64,000 bases of DNA from Yuukianura sp. NJ FZ-2021 (lineage: Eukaryota), in contig CM102287.1 in assembly GCA_046563655.1 (NCBI GenBank), positions 3,534,001 through 3,598,000 on the forward strand. The letters are read 5' to 3'. Made by a program: the position numbers and the translations under genes. Of the stretch, positions 12,611-26,334 are shown piece by piece. The notes under the pieces are model-generated. The model was not told the DNA's origin. It saw only the letters and a program-made list of their open reading frames with translations, and ran no database searches. Position 1 is the first letter of the stretch, and each line of letters begins with the position of its first letter.

Positions 12611-13392
12611 GATGATGGAATGGATGGATGATGAGATAGTGTTAGAACAAAAGGAAGTGAATGTGTAGGAGGTTTAGACTTTTTAAGAAGAGATAAAAAG
12701 TGCTACTAAATTTTGCAATTGAGAAACACAGAGGAAATTGACATCATTCGAATTATTGGTAGTCTTCAATGCAATGACCAAAAAAAAACTAGGATGAAGG
12801 AAGTGAAGAGATTATTCTTTACAATTTACAAGTGTATTGAAGCATCATCATAGTTCGGAAAATGGTCACTGTGACCTTTGACCTTGCAAAATTTCATTTG
12901 AAGATGAGTAACACTCCACTTTCAAAATTTTATGACCTCCACGAGATACTGGCGGAACCTTTGTTTATGTCAAGTTCTGAATTTCTGCAAATTCAGCAAT
13001 CTATAGAAAATTAAAGGACAAAAACTTAGGAAATTGTGTTGGAGTGGAACAAGGTAAATAGAATACTTATAGGTACGGTCCCTTAAAATTATTTTTTCAA
13101 AACCGAGTTGCTATGGGATTTTTTTCACTCCGAGTTCACTCATTTACAGTGTTGTTCAAAATTTTCATCATTTTAGTCTCAATACTTCTTTCGCCACAAA
13201 CTTAAAAATAGCTTAAAAACTCGGATGAACCTGTATTTTCACTCGGAGTGACGTCACTGTGAGTGAAGTTGTAAACAAATAAAGAATCGGTTTTGGTCGC
13301 TAAGGCATTTTTGCCGCCCCCTGGGAGTGGAATTGAAAATTTAGATTTTCATATTTTGTTTTGAGTTCTTCTCTTTTTGGAGCATTTCTGAG

Positions 13393-13405
13393 GTTGCTAA
13401 GCAAC
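13393..13405. promoter_or_regulatory. RFX X-box upstream of ciliary gene TTC21B
   Basis: GTTGCTAAGCAAC, a 13-bp near-palindromic X-box ~170 bp upstream of the ATG. Forkhead-like GTAAACAAATA at 13271 and CRE GTGACGTCAC at 13248 lie nearby. Confidence 0.7.
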
Positions 13406-13574
13406 AGAAAAGCAAAGCACTGAAACTGTTTTGTTTTTCGGTTTCTTCTTATGCCTTTTTCATTTTCATTGATTTTCAATCAACTTTCGTTTTTTTTAAC
13501 TCTTCTGTTCAATTTTTTTAAAAAGTACGCAGTTTCTGACGTTTTTGCTTGAATTTTGAAAAGTAGTGATAAAA

Positions 13575-16500
13575 ATGGAGTTGGTAGAAGAATTTAGTGT
13601 AAGTTTAAACTAAACTGTTCTTAGAAAACGTAACTTTGACCTTTGACCTTTGCATTTTCTCCTTACAGGCTCGCATTTTGTACTACTGTCGTGAAGGATA
13701 TTGGCGATCCATGCAAAATGTTGCTGCAGAAGGAATTGAAAAATTTCCGCACGAGATATCGTTTCGTTTTATGCACGGACTCAGCTTTCTCTTCCAGCGC
13801 CAGTTTCCCGAAGCCATCCGAATCCTAAGTCCGCTTGTGGTAGATTTTTCAAAAATTTTGAAAAGAATTTTTTGAAATTTCGGAAATTAAGCTGGAATTT
13901 TTAATTTACAGAACCAACATACGGTATATCTCGGTTCCATCCTGGCAGCCATTGATGCTCACCGTCAATTTGCCAATGTTGACGACGAAGAAGTGGAAAT
14001 GCTGGAATCCAAGCTACGAGAAGCTCGTAAAACCGCGAAGCCTCAAGTAAGCTTTATGTTCGGCAAAGTTCGGTTATGTTCGGTAAATTTCTTGTGTTCG
14101 GCAGGATCTGTACTATGCCGGATGTTTCTTGGCTCTTTCTGGACGGTACGAGAAGTCAAAAGAGTATTTGAACCGAGCCGTTGAGCATTCCGATGGCGAC
14201 CATTTGGACTCAATGTCGCTTCTCGGCTGGGTTCAAATGCAAAGTGGCACGTCCAGGTCAAGGTCGAACTCAAATACAAAGTTCCCGGCAAAAACGCCTT
14301 CAGACCACTTCGACATGGTGTTGGCAATGTAAGAGCCCTGATTTTCAAAATTTTGAAAGTGTCAAATTTCAAAATGTTAAATTTTTGAAAAATAGAAATA
14401 AGAAGCATCTGGATGCTCGTCTGGGCCTCGCTCGATTCTACGAAGAATCCCGAGACTTCCCGAAAGCAGTCGAAGAATTGAACGCTATTTTGGCGTTCTT
14501 TCCTAACTGGATTCCATCTTTGGTCGAAAAAATGAAAATGTCGGTGTCTCTTGAAGAGTGGGATCAAGCACTGGAGAATGCCACAAGGTATGGAGGTCAT
14601 TGACCTTTGACCTCGTCTTTGACCTTTGACCTTTGACCTTGACCTTCCTTTCTAGAATTCTAGCTTTGGATTCAAACAATCTAGAAGCTTTTCGACTCAA
14701 AATCCTCTACTCACTTTGTCGTGAAGGTGACCTCAAAGAAACAGCAAAAAATCTTGACCTCTTTTACATCTTGTGCAAAAAATCGGAGCCGAAAAACGCT
14801 CCATATTTTAACGAAAACGGCCGTCTGTTTTCACAATTGGTAATTTTCAAATTTTCTTAATTTGGCAAAAATTTTGGCAAAAAAAGACTTCTTCCAAAAT
14901 TTTCACTTTTCTTTTATTCCAGGGAAGTTTCAGTCCAGAAATCCTGGAGAAATGTCTGGAATTTGCCCAGTTTGCATCCGAGTTGTGCCCAGACAACGAA
15001 ACGTACGTTGCAGACATTGGTCGGATTTACCTACTGTTGAAGCAGCCAAAAGAAGCTCATGCGCAGTTCATCCGCGCTTCCAGCCTCAACAACGCTTCCC
15101 TTCCAGCCCTCTATGGTCTCATCATATGTCAATTGGAAGAAGACGAAGTTGACCTCGCAGGTCAACAACTCCAGTTTCTACGTGACCTCTCTGGGGACAC
15201 AGAAGCTACTGCGGAATTGTTCTACTTGAATGCTGTCCTGGCCATAAAAGAAAATCGTGCTCCGGAAATCATTCTGGACAATTTGAATTCCAGCGTCCAA
15301 AGACACATTCGAGCAATTCAAAAATTCCCGCTCAACATCCAGTTTCTCAAGGTCATCAATCCAGAATTTGTCATCAAAATTGTTCGCGAGTATTTGGTAT
15401 TTGCTCCACAAGAGGTGAGTCTTCAAATGTCAAGGTCATTGACCCCGGGTAGCTGAAATCTCAAGGTCATTGACCTTTGGTCGTTTAAATCTGAAATCTG
15501 AATGCTGATTGGTTGTTTTTCAGCCAATCACGAAAGGAATGCAGCCTCCGGTGGCAGTAGTTCAAGCATCACTTGTACTTGGGATGCTGACGAAAATTTG
15601 TCCAGCACATCAAGATGCTTTGTTCATCGATGCACAAATCAAGTATCTGAGCGGAGAATTCGCTGCAGCGACGCTGATTTTAAACAAACTTCTCAAAATC
15701 AGTAACACAAAAACTTTTTTTTTACACAAAAATTTCGAAATTTTTTCCTAAAAACTTTGGTCGTAAATGTTTTTTTGATTCATTAGACAGCACTGGAACA
15801 GATTTTCATCTCCTGTTGACGCAAGTCCACATTTCACAAAATTCTTGGGACCAAGCTGCTCTTACACTGGAAGCAGCGTTGAGCAACAATTTCGCTGTAA
15901 GTAAATTTCAAAAAACAAAATTTTGAAGAAAAATTTTTATTGAAACTAACTTTTTTATAAATTTTAGGTCCGAGAGAATCCGAAATACCATTTTCTGTTG
16001 GCCAAAGTTCAAGTTTCCCGGAAAGAAATCAAGGAAGCCAAATTGACGTTGGAAACGGCTTTAAAAATCTTTGAGGAAATTGAAGCTCGACGCGTACTGC
16101 GTCGACGCAGTGCGGAATCAATGCAACCGACCACCGTTAACTTTAATATCTCCGATCAGTTTTCAGTTTACATCGAACTTATAGCAATTCTACGAACTCT
16201 GGGATTGGTTGATGAAGCGAAGCGGCGAATGGACGAAGCAACTCTGAAATTTCAAGTAAACTTCAAAAAATACTACTTCTTAGTTTCAAAATTTCAAAAT
16301 TTCAAAATTTTTTGAAATTAGGGAACGCATTTGGAAGGTCGTCTTAGCTTAACCGCTGCGGAAGATCATGTGGACAAAGGCGAAATTCCACAAGCGATGG
16401 AAATTTTGCAAAAAGTGACGCCTGACCAGCACCATTTCGTTGAAGCCCAAAAAATCATGGCCGACATTTACTTGAACTACAAGCGGGATCGACGTGCCTA

Positions 16501-19500
16501 CACTGCATGTTTTGCGTAAGGACCAATTTTTCAAAAATTTTCAAAATTTTGAAATTTTTCGTATTTTCATTTTGTTGTTTTTTTTCAGAGAAATTGCCAA
16601 GTATTACCCGACACCGCCGAATTTGGTTCTCCTTGGAGAGGCGTACATGACAATTCAAGAATCGGACAGAGCAATTGAAGCATTTGAAAATGCATTGACC
16701 AAAAATCCACGTGACCCACTTTTAACAGCCAAATTGGGAGAAGCACTGGTCCGGACACATCAATTTTCAAAGGCAATCCATTTCTACCAAGATGCGGTCA
16801 AATCAGATGAAAATTTCCCGCTTCGACTGGAACTGGCTAATCTTCAATTCAAGCTTGGAAAATGGGATGGAGCAGAGAAAACAATTCAACAGGCACTGGG
16901 AGACTTAAGGGACACAGGACTCATGCGCCAAATTGGAGAAGTAGACCTCCTCACACTTCTGGCCAAGGTAAAAAAAATCTGGTCAAAACTCGCGAATTTC
17001 ATCCATCGAAGTCCGATTTTTCCATAAGTTAGCTTCGGTGGTCGAAAAATGGCAGAGTAGATAAAATAGGGTGAAATTCGACCGGTGGCTGAAATTGGAT
17101 GAAAATCGGCCGAATTCGCCACTAGTGGCTGAAAATCGGTCAAATTGGCCAATAGTGGCTGAAACTGCCAGGAAATGAAATGAACTGAAAATAGTACGAA
17201 TTTGTCTCTGTTGGCTGAAAATCGGCCGAATTCGTCTCTAGTGGCTGAAATTCGGTCGGACGAAATGGCCAGCAGTGGCTGAAATTTTGTTATAAATTTG
17301 ATACTGAAAGAGACAACAAAGAACCTGGGTTACTTTTAAAAATTTAGTAGCTTGTTCTGTTTTTTTTTGAAAAGGTTCAACGTGGAGCAGGAAACTACCA
17401 CCAGGCACAGCAGACTTTGATCAAAGCCAAAGATTTTCAAAGTCGTGTTTTGAAAAGAGCTCTCATGGAACAACCTTCGATTATTGAAAAAATGAAAATC
17501 CAGTATTGCAAAATCTGTCAATTAGTTGGCGAAATTGCTGAGCGTCCAAACGAAATTGAATTTGCAATTAAGAGCATCAAAGAGGCAATGGAACTACGAC
17601 CAGACGACTGGGAAATTTTATCTACTTTGTGCAAAATGTATCTCAAGGTGCTCAAATTCAACAATTACCAAGTTTGTTTTTCAAAAAAAAAACCCTACTT
17701 TTTTGAAATTTCAGATCAGCGATTTCTCCCATTGTCAACAAGCTTGTACGCAGTTGCAAACTTTGAATCCAGACTCTGATGCAGCGATTATGTTGGGAGA
17801 GCTGTGCTACCGTCGCGGAGATTTCGTCAATTCCCAACTCCATTACCAAAATCACCTCAGTAAAAACTTTTTGCAAATTTTGGTTGAAAATTTCAAAAAT
17901 TTTATAGAAATTTTAAAGAAATTTCGAAATTTTAGACAAACATCCTAATCATTGGGACTCCTTGGCTTGGTACATTGAAGGAGCACGACGTTGTGGATAC
18001 TTGGCCGACGCTGCAGCGTACCTCCAAAAAGCAGCGTCTGTGTCTGATTCACATGAACCTGGTCTGGGGTACTGCCAAGGTCAGGGGTCAAATTTTTAAA
18101 ATTTTGAGAAAATTTTCAAAATTTTGGAAAATTTCAGTATTTCTTCTTAAATTTTTTAATTGTTTGGTTTTCTAACCAGGAATTTTTGAATGGTACAACG
18201 GAAATGTGAATTCTGCTTTGCGAAATTTGAATTTGGCGCGGCGTGATCCAGTGTTTGGTCAGCGTACGATTTTACTCATGATTGAAATCTACTTAAACCC
18301 ACATGGAACAGTACTTGGAGGAGATGCACTGGAAGCAACAACTTCAGAAACAGCAGTAGCCAATGGGACGCTGGATGGAAGAGAAGATGCTCCCAGAGCA
18401 GTCGAAGCTCTCCTGAAAGTAATCGACTGTAGTAATCGATTCTTTGATTTACTCGATTTCTAACACAACTTTTTGCAATTAGGAGCTTACAATTAAAACT
18501 GGAGAAGACAAATTTCGGCGTCAAATTCTGGAGTGCTACACGCTGATTATTTCACGGAATAAAAACAAAGTGGAGAAAGCCATCCAGGAACTGACTGGAC
18601 TCGTGACGACGGATGTCGGAAGAGAGTCAGTGATGCTCATCCATGCTCTGTCTACTGCTTACATGTTCATGAAACAGGTAAAGTCAAAGGTCAATGACCC
18701 CAAAAGCCTAAGGTCAAAGGTCAATGACCCCGAAAACACAAGCATCTTGTCAAAAACTTAAGCGATTTTGATACTTCCAGGTCCCGCGAGCAAGGAATCA
18801 GCTCAAACGAATCGTCAAAGCGAGCTGGACGATTGACGATGCAGAGTAAGAATATTTCCACATTTAGAACTAGCGTTATTTAAATTTTAAATTAATGAAA
18901 CTTAATTAAAAATTTAGCTAAATTTACTCTTTTTTGATTGGTTTGAGGGATCTTGAGCGCTGTTGGCTACTCCTCGCTGACATTCACATTCAGTCATCCA
19001 AGTATGACTTGGCCACGGATCTCATCAAGGTATTCCAGAACTCTTCAAGGTTAAAGGTCAAATGTCATTTTTCTTGTTCTATGTTGCAGAAAGTTCTGCA
19101 GTTCAACAAATCTTGCATCAAGGCCAACGAGTACTTGGGGCTGATCATGGAAAAGGAACAAGCTTACGCTGATGCAGCGATCAACTATGAACAGGCCTGG
19201 AAGTTAACAAATTCTGAAAATCCAGCGATTGGTAAAAAGAGAATCACGTCTGGGTACCTTTGACATTTCATAATTTTTGCTAAATTTTTGTTTTTCAGGA
19301 TATAAACTGGCGTTCAACTACCTCAAAGCAAAACGCTACACGGATGCAATTGACGTCTGTCACATTGTCGTGGTGAGTCCTGTATTTTCCTCATTCATAA
19401 ATCATAAGAAATCAAAATTTTTCAAAATTTCATGTTGGAATGAAAAAGTCATGATTGGGATGACAAAATCACTAAAGCGTACTGCACAAATTTAATAAAA

Positions 19501-19596
19501 AATCAATTCTTTTTCTTTTTTCAGTCCAAGCATCCACATTATCCCAAAATCAAGAAGGATATCCTGGACAAAGCTAGAAACAGCCTCAGGTCATAA
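13575..19596 (+). CDS. TTC21B: Tetratricopeptide repeat protein 21B / IFT139 (IFT-A subunit), multi-exon
   Basis: N-terminus [24 protein letters not shown], with many TPR exons (e.g. [66 protein letters not shown]). C-terminus [24 protein letters not shown] at 19594-19596. Confidence 0.95.
17080..17285. repeat. ~30-bp minisatellite in a TTC21B intron
   Basis: Degenerate units AGTGGCTGAAAATCGGCCGAATTCGCCACT, about six copies. Confidence 0.75.
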
Positions 19597-20190
19597 GGAA
19601 TTAAAAGTTCCGATTACTTTATCAAATGTAATCGAAAAGTTAAAATAATTGTTCATTTCAATAAATCGATTACTCTTTTGTCTATTGTTCGTAAAACTTG
19701 TTCAAAGCTTCAATGTTGGTTGGGGGAAGATGAGACAAAAATTTTTGAGTGAAAGCGGGAATATTATTTGAATTTCCTAAGAATTAAATCAAAACAAAAG
19801 AAAAAACAAAAACAATTGGAAAAAAAGGGAGTGGATTTTACTCGTTTACTTGAATTTAATTAATTTTAATTTAATTTACTCCAATTTAATTAAGCAATTT
19901 AGTCGGATTAATTAGTAATTAACACAGAGGCAAACTGATTAGCAAGGTGCCAGTCACACTTGCTACTTTACAATTCCGCACTACGATCAAAGATTAACTT
20001 TTGTCAGTTTTAGAAGTTGGCAGCAGCAGAGGAAGAAAAATTTTTGACGTGGCGTTTAAAGTCCATCGTTAATCGATTACCGATATTTCATAATCGTTGA
20101 CGTATTGACTAATTGTTTCTTTGTGGGAATCTCGTCAACGTCAATGGTTCTAATTTTGGGGAAAGTGGATGATTGCTGCAAGGATCAAGC

Positions 20191-23100
20191 ATGTCTAACA
20201 TGTACACTCCGCCCATTCAAGGGCTTACTACGGAAGAAGCATTTGGAAGACTATTTGAGGAGGTCAAGGTCACCGTAGACAGCTACCGTAGGTCCAAAAG
20301 GAGGTGAGCAAGAAATTACTTTGTCAATCGAAATACTAATTCGTTATGGAATTTTGAGTTTTTTTTTCTACAGGGCTTGGGCGGAAGTACTGAAGGCATC
20401 ATTTTCAACTAGAAGTCACCATACAACACTTTCATGGGTTTCATTCTTAATTTTAATTTGTGAAAGTCTGATTATCCTGTCTCTTGCTATTGCCAATTAC
20501 GGAACTCTGTAAGGTCACATCTCGGATGAACTCAGCAATACATGAGGGTGGTTCATTTTTCACACTTTCTCGTGTTTCAGATGGCGGAGTCTTTATCCGG
20601 AAGCCATTTTGATGCTGCTCATTGTCATCTTCAATTCGTCTCTGATGATGTGGGAAAATTATAAAAGACTCAACGAGCTTCCAGTCAAACTTGAAAAAAC
20701 TTTGGCCAAACTCAAAGGTTCGTGTTTTTGCTTTTGAAAATCAAGTGCTTTCTAGAAATTTTGAAAATCTTCTATTTTTTAGAAATGAACATGAAATGGG
20801 AGGATGGGAATTATCCAGACCTATACATGCCCTACTCGCCATGTATAAGTACTCAACGCTGCTATCGAGACGGAGAGCTTGTCAACCTCCCTTGGTCACT
20901 CTTAGTTCCTGGAGACCTCGTCGTACTTCTTCCCGGACAAAAAATCATAGCCAAATGTCATCTGTACGACGTGAGCTCAAATTAACTAACCTAATTATTC
21001 CTTTCAACTTGTCCTTCACTAATCAACTTATTTCTGGACAGGATGAAACCACTGTTTTGGATCCCGGTGTAACTTTTTCTCCAACTGGAAATGACAGCAC
21101 GAGTAACTGTGAATCCGAACCAATCAAACTTCCAGAAGACGAAGTTCCTAATCTTCACGTTCCAATGGAAACAACCTTTGCTATCGTCCTGGAAGCTCCT
21201 TACACCGACCTTGTTCAAATGAGCTTAGATTCGTTTCTAAAACGTCCCAAAACGTTTTACATCAAAGAACGTTATAGAATCATCAACGGACTGATTGAAT
21301 GCGTCTTCCTCCCTCTGGCTTTGATGATCATGGTCTGCCTCTGTATCGTCCGCATGTTCTACTTACCCCATTGGCTAGGAATCCGCGTAGCCCCGTGGAC
21401 AGAAATCCTCATTCTACAGCCCATTGTCAACACTTTTTCGTTGATTCCGGTTGCTCTACCTCTGATGTCAGTTGTGCTACACTGTATCGCCAATGCCAAA
21501 ATCCATACGCTCTACTCTATTCTCAAAAATTCAAGAAACATGAAGGTTGATGTGGACGTGGACAAGGAATCTGGATCTCTCACGTACTATCATGTGGATT
21601 TATCACTACGGTCAATCTACAAAGAAGTCTGGAACTTCTTCAAAGGACGAGAAGAAACACTGCATCGATCACAGAAACTGCTGCATGTGCTGGCAACAGT
21701 CACAGCGTTGTGCTGCATTGGTAAAAAAAAATTCTCTATTGGTAGAAAAAACAGGCTTCAGTATGAATTTTTCAAAATTTTGATTTTTGTTTCGGTTTTT
21801 TTACAGACAAGAAAGGAGTTCTGAGCTGGCCAAATCCGACTGCCGACAAAATTTTCTTTTTGAAGACCCACGTCAATCCGAATTCCAGAAGACGAGAAGT
21901 GAAACAAGAAATTTTAGATGTGACGCACGACAATCGAAACGCTTTTGAATTGCATTTTGATGACCCTGCATGGGAATCTCACATGTCTTCACTCAAACCA
22001 ATTGGACTGAATATTCTACTGAACAATTGCAACTATCGAACAAGAGCCACTTATTCATCGTTTCATAATCACATAACCCATGAACTTGAAACAAAAGCCA
22101 ATGACCTTGTGGTTCCAGTTGTAGCCAGGAGGTAAGTGGAACAATTCAAAATCAATAGTTTTAGAATTTGTGACATTTTTGAAGTTTTGAATTGAATTTT
22201 CCTTATTTTTATAGATGTCTCTGTGAACTGGCTCGAATCATAGGATTTACGGAATCTGCCACAAACGTTTTTACGCTTGAACAAGAACTGTGTTCGTACA
22301 GACACATTGTGAGTCGTGAGTTTTTGACATTTTTTAGAATTTTGAAGAAAAAAATTATGATTTTATGACTTTTGAGCTTCTCAACGTTACGCAACTACTT
22401 TTTGTAGTTTTTGATCAGTTTTTAAGGTTGAAATTTTCGTGTGGCAGGAATCTGATGCAATTTGTCGTGACAAATTGACCAAAGCCAAAATCAAGTTTCC
22501 GTTTCCACACATGATGAGCGTTGTGATCAAAGAGAAAATGTACAACACATTGCAACTGATGTCTCAAGGAACTGGAGATATGGTAAACTTGAGATAAAAT
22601 TTTTAAAAAACTCGTTCTTTTTACACTTTTAAGATGAAAGTTTTGAACAATCTTATTCCTTTTTGACAGATTCTGGACGTCTCTGATGATTTCTGGGACG
22701 GAACTGACCTTCGACCGCTGAACACAGAAGAGCGGAAACTCATTCTCGATTTCTATCAGCGATCGTCACTGACCTCTGTCTGTGCAGCTTTTGCTTACAA
22801 GCCACTTCAGGCCAAGGTTAGTTTTCAACAAAAAAAAGTTTCAAAATTTTGAAAACTAAAGAAAAGTTATTTGAAAACGTTGTTTTTCAGGTGAGTCAAC
22901 ACTTGGCTTCACTTTATATGGAACTCCCACCGTCTAAAGGAACTCGGTACTTGCCGTATTACGCTTTTACCACTCCAGGAGGAACTCCGCATACACTGAT
23001 CAAAGATGGCAGTATTTCTACTGATTGCATTTACAACATGGCCGAAAAACGACGCAGTCGGGACAAGGAAGTCAGCGATGTTGATGGATGGTTAGAGTTT

Positions 23101-26100
23101 TTGAAATTTTCAAATTAATTTTGGATTTAGAAATTTTAAAAGATCTCCACACTGCCTCGAATCTACGTTTCAACTTTTGTTTTTTAGTTTTGAAGTACAA
23201 ACGAACCAAATATTTTTGGGAATGGTGGCGATGCAGTACGAAGCGTGTATGGACATGGTTCAACTCATTGAGCAACTGGATCAAGCCTGTGTCCGTTTTG
23301 TCCACTTTTCAAAAGAAAATGAACTTCGATCTCGTGTATTTTCTGAAAAGATGGGACTGGAATCAGGCTGGAATTGTCACATCAGTCTCCGCCCACTGAC
23401 AGAAGAGGAGAAGTTGGAAGAAGAAAGGGAAGAGCGGGAACAGAGCTTATTCACCCAGAGATCCTCAGATCAACCAGATTCAATTCACTTTTACTGCACA
23501 TCGGAAGTGGATTTGAAGAAGCACCACCAAGGAGCCCCACCATCCGGTGGAGCAGCCAGGAGACCCACCTTAAACGAACTTTTTGGATCAAATAGCAAGC
23601 GACCTTCGCTAAACGAAGGTGACACGGAAGACTCTAAGTTCCTTCCACGCTGTTCAGCTTCTGTTCCTGAAATGGTGATGCTGGCGAGGACTCGGGAGTC
23701 CAGTACGGAAGCTGGAGATCGAGAAGAGAAGCGAAGGTTGCTTGAAACCCAAGATGCTGATGCTGAGCTTGACTTGGACGACATTGATGCTGGATTGGTA
23801 CTGGCAGAAGGTGGAGATCAAGTATTGAGGATCGGAAGAACGCGGAGTCCAAGTGCATCTTCTTTGTCTTCTGGATCTTCGAGAAGAGAAGAACGGAGTG
23901 GCGAAGAGGGAGATGCTGAAGATGATCCGGAAATGGTTGTACGTCGTCGTGAAACTCCAAAAGCGTCGTCGACGCTGAAAGGAAAAGAATCTGTGATTAG
24001 ATTCGCTGATTCGGTGGATGAGAGTCAAGAGTCAAGTGATATTCCACACAGCGGAGGAGGAGGATCGACGAGTCTGCGCGTTACAGAATCGTTTACGAGA
24101 AATAGAAATCTGACTCCGACGGAGTCGTATAATGACGCTTACGAAATGGCTGAAAACAAAACGCCTTTGGGCTATGACATGTCGAACAGGGTAAGTGGAA
24201 CAGTGTTTCAAAATTTTGAAAATCTGACTTTTCAAAAAAGTTTCTTACTTTTTGTTTCGAAATTTTAGGCAAAGTTACCCCGAGGAATTGAAGAAGTTCG
24301 TCCGCACTTGGAGCATGTTGATAACGTTCCACTCTTGGTTTCACTTTTTACGGATTGTACTGCCGAAAATAGCCGGGAGATGATTAAGATTATGCAAGAT
24401 TATGGAGAAGTGATTCTCTTGGTTGGATCTGTTTCGAATCATGAAAATCCTGGACTATTTTTACAAGCTGACGCAAGGTTTTTATTCAAAATTTTGAAAT
24501 TTTTTGAATTTTGAGTTTTTTTTTATATAAGTTTTTTGTATTTTTTGTGTTTCAGTATTGGACTGGAACCGTTGTACCCTCAGGCGTGCCAGAAACAAGA
24601 AATTTTCTCGCCAGTACAAACTGGGCAACTATCACCAACGGAAGTTGGGATGCTGCTGACGAGTCTGCCGTGTTCCCTGGCGCTGAAACGCAGCGATCCC
24701 ATTTCCTTCTACCATCTGATTGCCCACAGTCGACACTACATGAACAACTGCATTCGGAATTCAGTTCAGTTTTGGATGTGCTGCCAAGTGAGCATTACTG
24801 TTCTGGGCCTCATTTCACTCCTGATGCTCATTCCACCGCTGTTCACAATCGCTGATACGATGTGGTTGTCGTGCATTGTCATTCCAGTGCTATCGCTTAC
24901 GCTTTCCTTTGCTACGATGGATGCAGTCGATCCAGAAGCCATGGAAGTGGCGTCGTGGAAAAACCAAGTGACGCTGGACAAAAATGTAAGCCAAAAAATA
25001 TAGTTGAAAAAAGTTTGTTTTCAAAATTGTGACCTTGATTTTTGAAAATTTTGCTTTAATTTTGTTCTAACCAGATCTTCACTTACGTAATTTACTTTTA
25101 TGGACTGAAGTTCATCTTTTCATTGGTCAACTTGTCACTAATGGCGGCGTTCAATTTACGATGGATTTGTGAAATTCATTTAAAAAATGTGAACAATACT
25201 TGTTCCTGGGTGTATCCAGTGGTGCTTTCTGTTGGTAAATGATGACTACATCTTGAAATTTTTCAAAATTTTGACATCTGAGAGAGAATTTGCATCTTGA
25301 CCTTTGACCTTGACTTTGCTTTGACCTGTTTAGAACCAAAAGGTGAAGACAAGACAGTCGTGGCGGGATCAATGAAGTGCATTTCCAGTTGGAACTGTGG
25401 AGACAACGCTGAAAAACTTGTTTTCGTACAGCAGTATTCTCTATTCTTTCTCGTTCTTTATTTTGGTGAGAAGATATTTTTTTGTGCTGTTTTAAAAAGT
25501 TGTTCAAAAAATTTTTTCTCAAGAACTCCCTGATCTTGCTTGCTTCGAAAAATAGTTAATCGTCGATAATCTGTCTTTTGGGAAAAAATCTCGTCAGCGA
25601 ATCCCTCTGATTTTTTTTTACTAGTTGTACTTTTTGAAATTTTTCAATTTTAGTGATCATATCAGCGTCATTCGTCTACCGAACGAAACATATCTGGGTG
25701 AGAAGTCCGATTTTGAACAAAACTTGGTCGCTCACTTGTTTTTCAATGTAAGATTCACACTGTTCAAAATTTGAAACAAAATTTGTTTTTGTGATTTTTT
25801 TTGTTAAACTAAAAATTAAACTTTCAGGTTAGTGATTCAGTGCTGTTATGGTTGGATTCGGTTGCGTTCGAGTTCAGTTTCGTTTGATTTGATTCTGGGA
25901 GCTTCATACGGTTGGGCTTTTCTCTGGGCTTTACTAGTCCTCGGTGTGAATGAAATTATACGTCGACAGGAAATCAAGTATGCAAAGATTGTTGTTCAAA
26001 CTTTTTGAAAAACTTTCTCAAAAATTCTAAATTTTGAAAAATTATGTCCTGTTTGAACAGAATCAACGTGAGATTTCAAAAGCGAGCGAGACTGGACTAC

Positions 26101-26133
26101 GGAACGAAACTTGGAATGAATTCACCGTTCTAA
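20191..26133 (+). CDS. TMEM94: Transmembrane protein 94 (P-type ATPase-like ER protein, ERMA), multi-exon
   Basis: GLTTEEA at the N-terminus; RDGELVNLPWSLLVPGDLVVLLPG; CCIDKKGVLSWPNP; QIFLGMVAMQY; CVRFVHFSKENELRSRVFSEKMGLESGWNCHISL; NRAKLPRGIEEVRPHLEHVDNVPLLVSLFTDC. C-terminus RARLDYGTKLGMNSPF*. Confidence 0.95.
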
Positions 26134-26334
26134 AAACTGCTGCCTAGCAAAATTGAATGTGTTTTGACCAAGAAAAGTTTAATGAGCTACGACTTGGTGT
26201 TCTACTCTACGTTCAAATTTAGAAGAAAAAAAAGTGTTTAAAAATGTTTAGTGTTGAAAAGTGACAAATAATATTTGTATAAATTTTTAAAACCAGGCTT
26301 TTCCCTTGCAAACTTGTTTTAAAAACAGTGCTGT

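Noticed and set aside
23491..24344. Several minus-strand ORFs over TMEM94, and similar shadow ORFs over VPS72, TTC21B, ACE and the IR
   Set aside because: They are antisense or off-frame shadows of recognisable genes.
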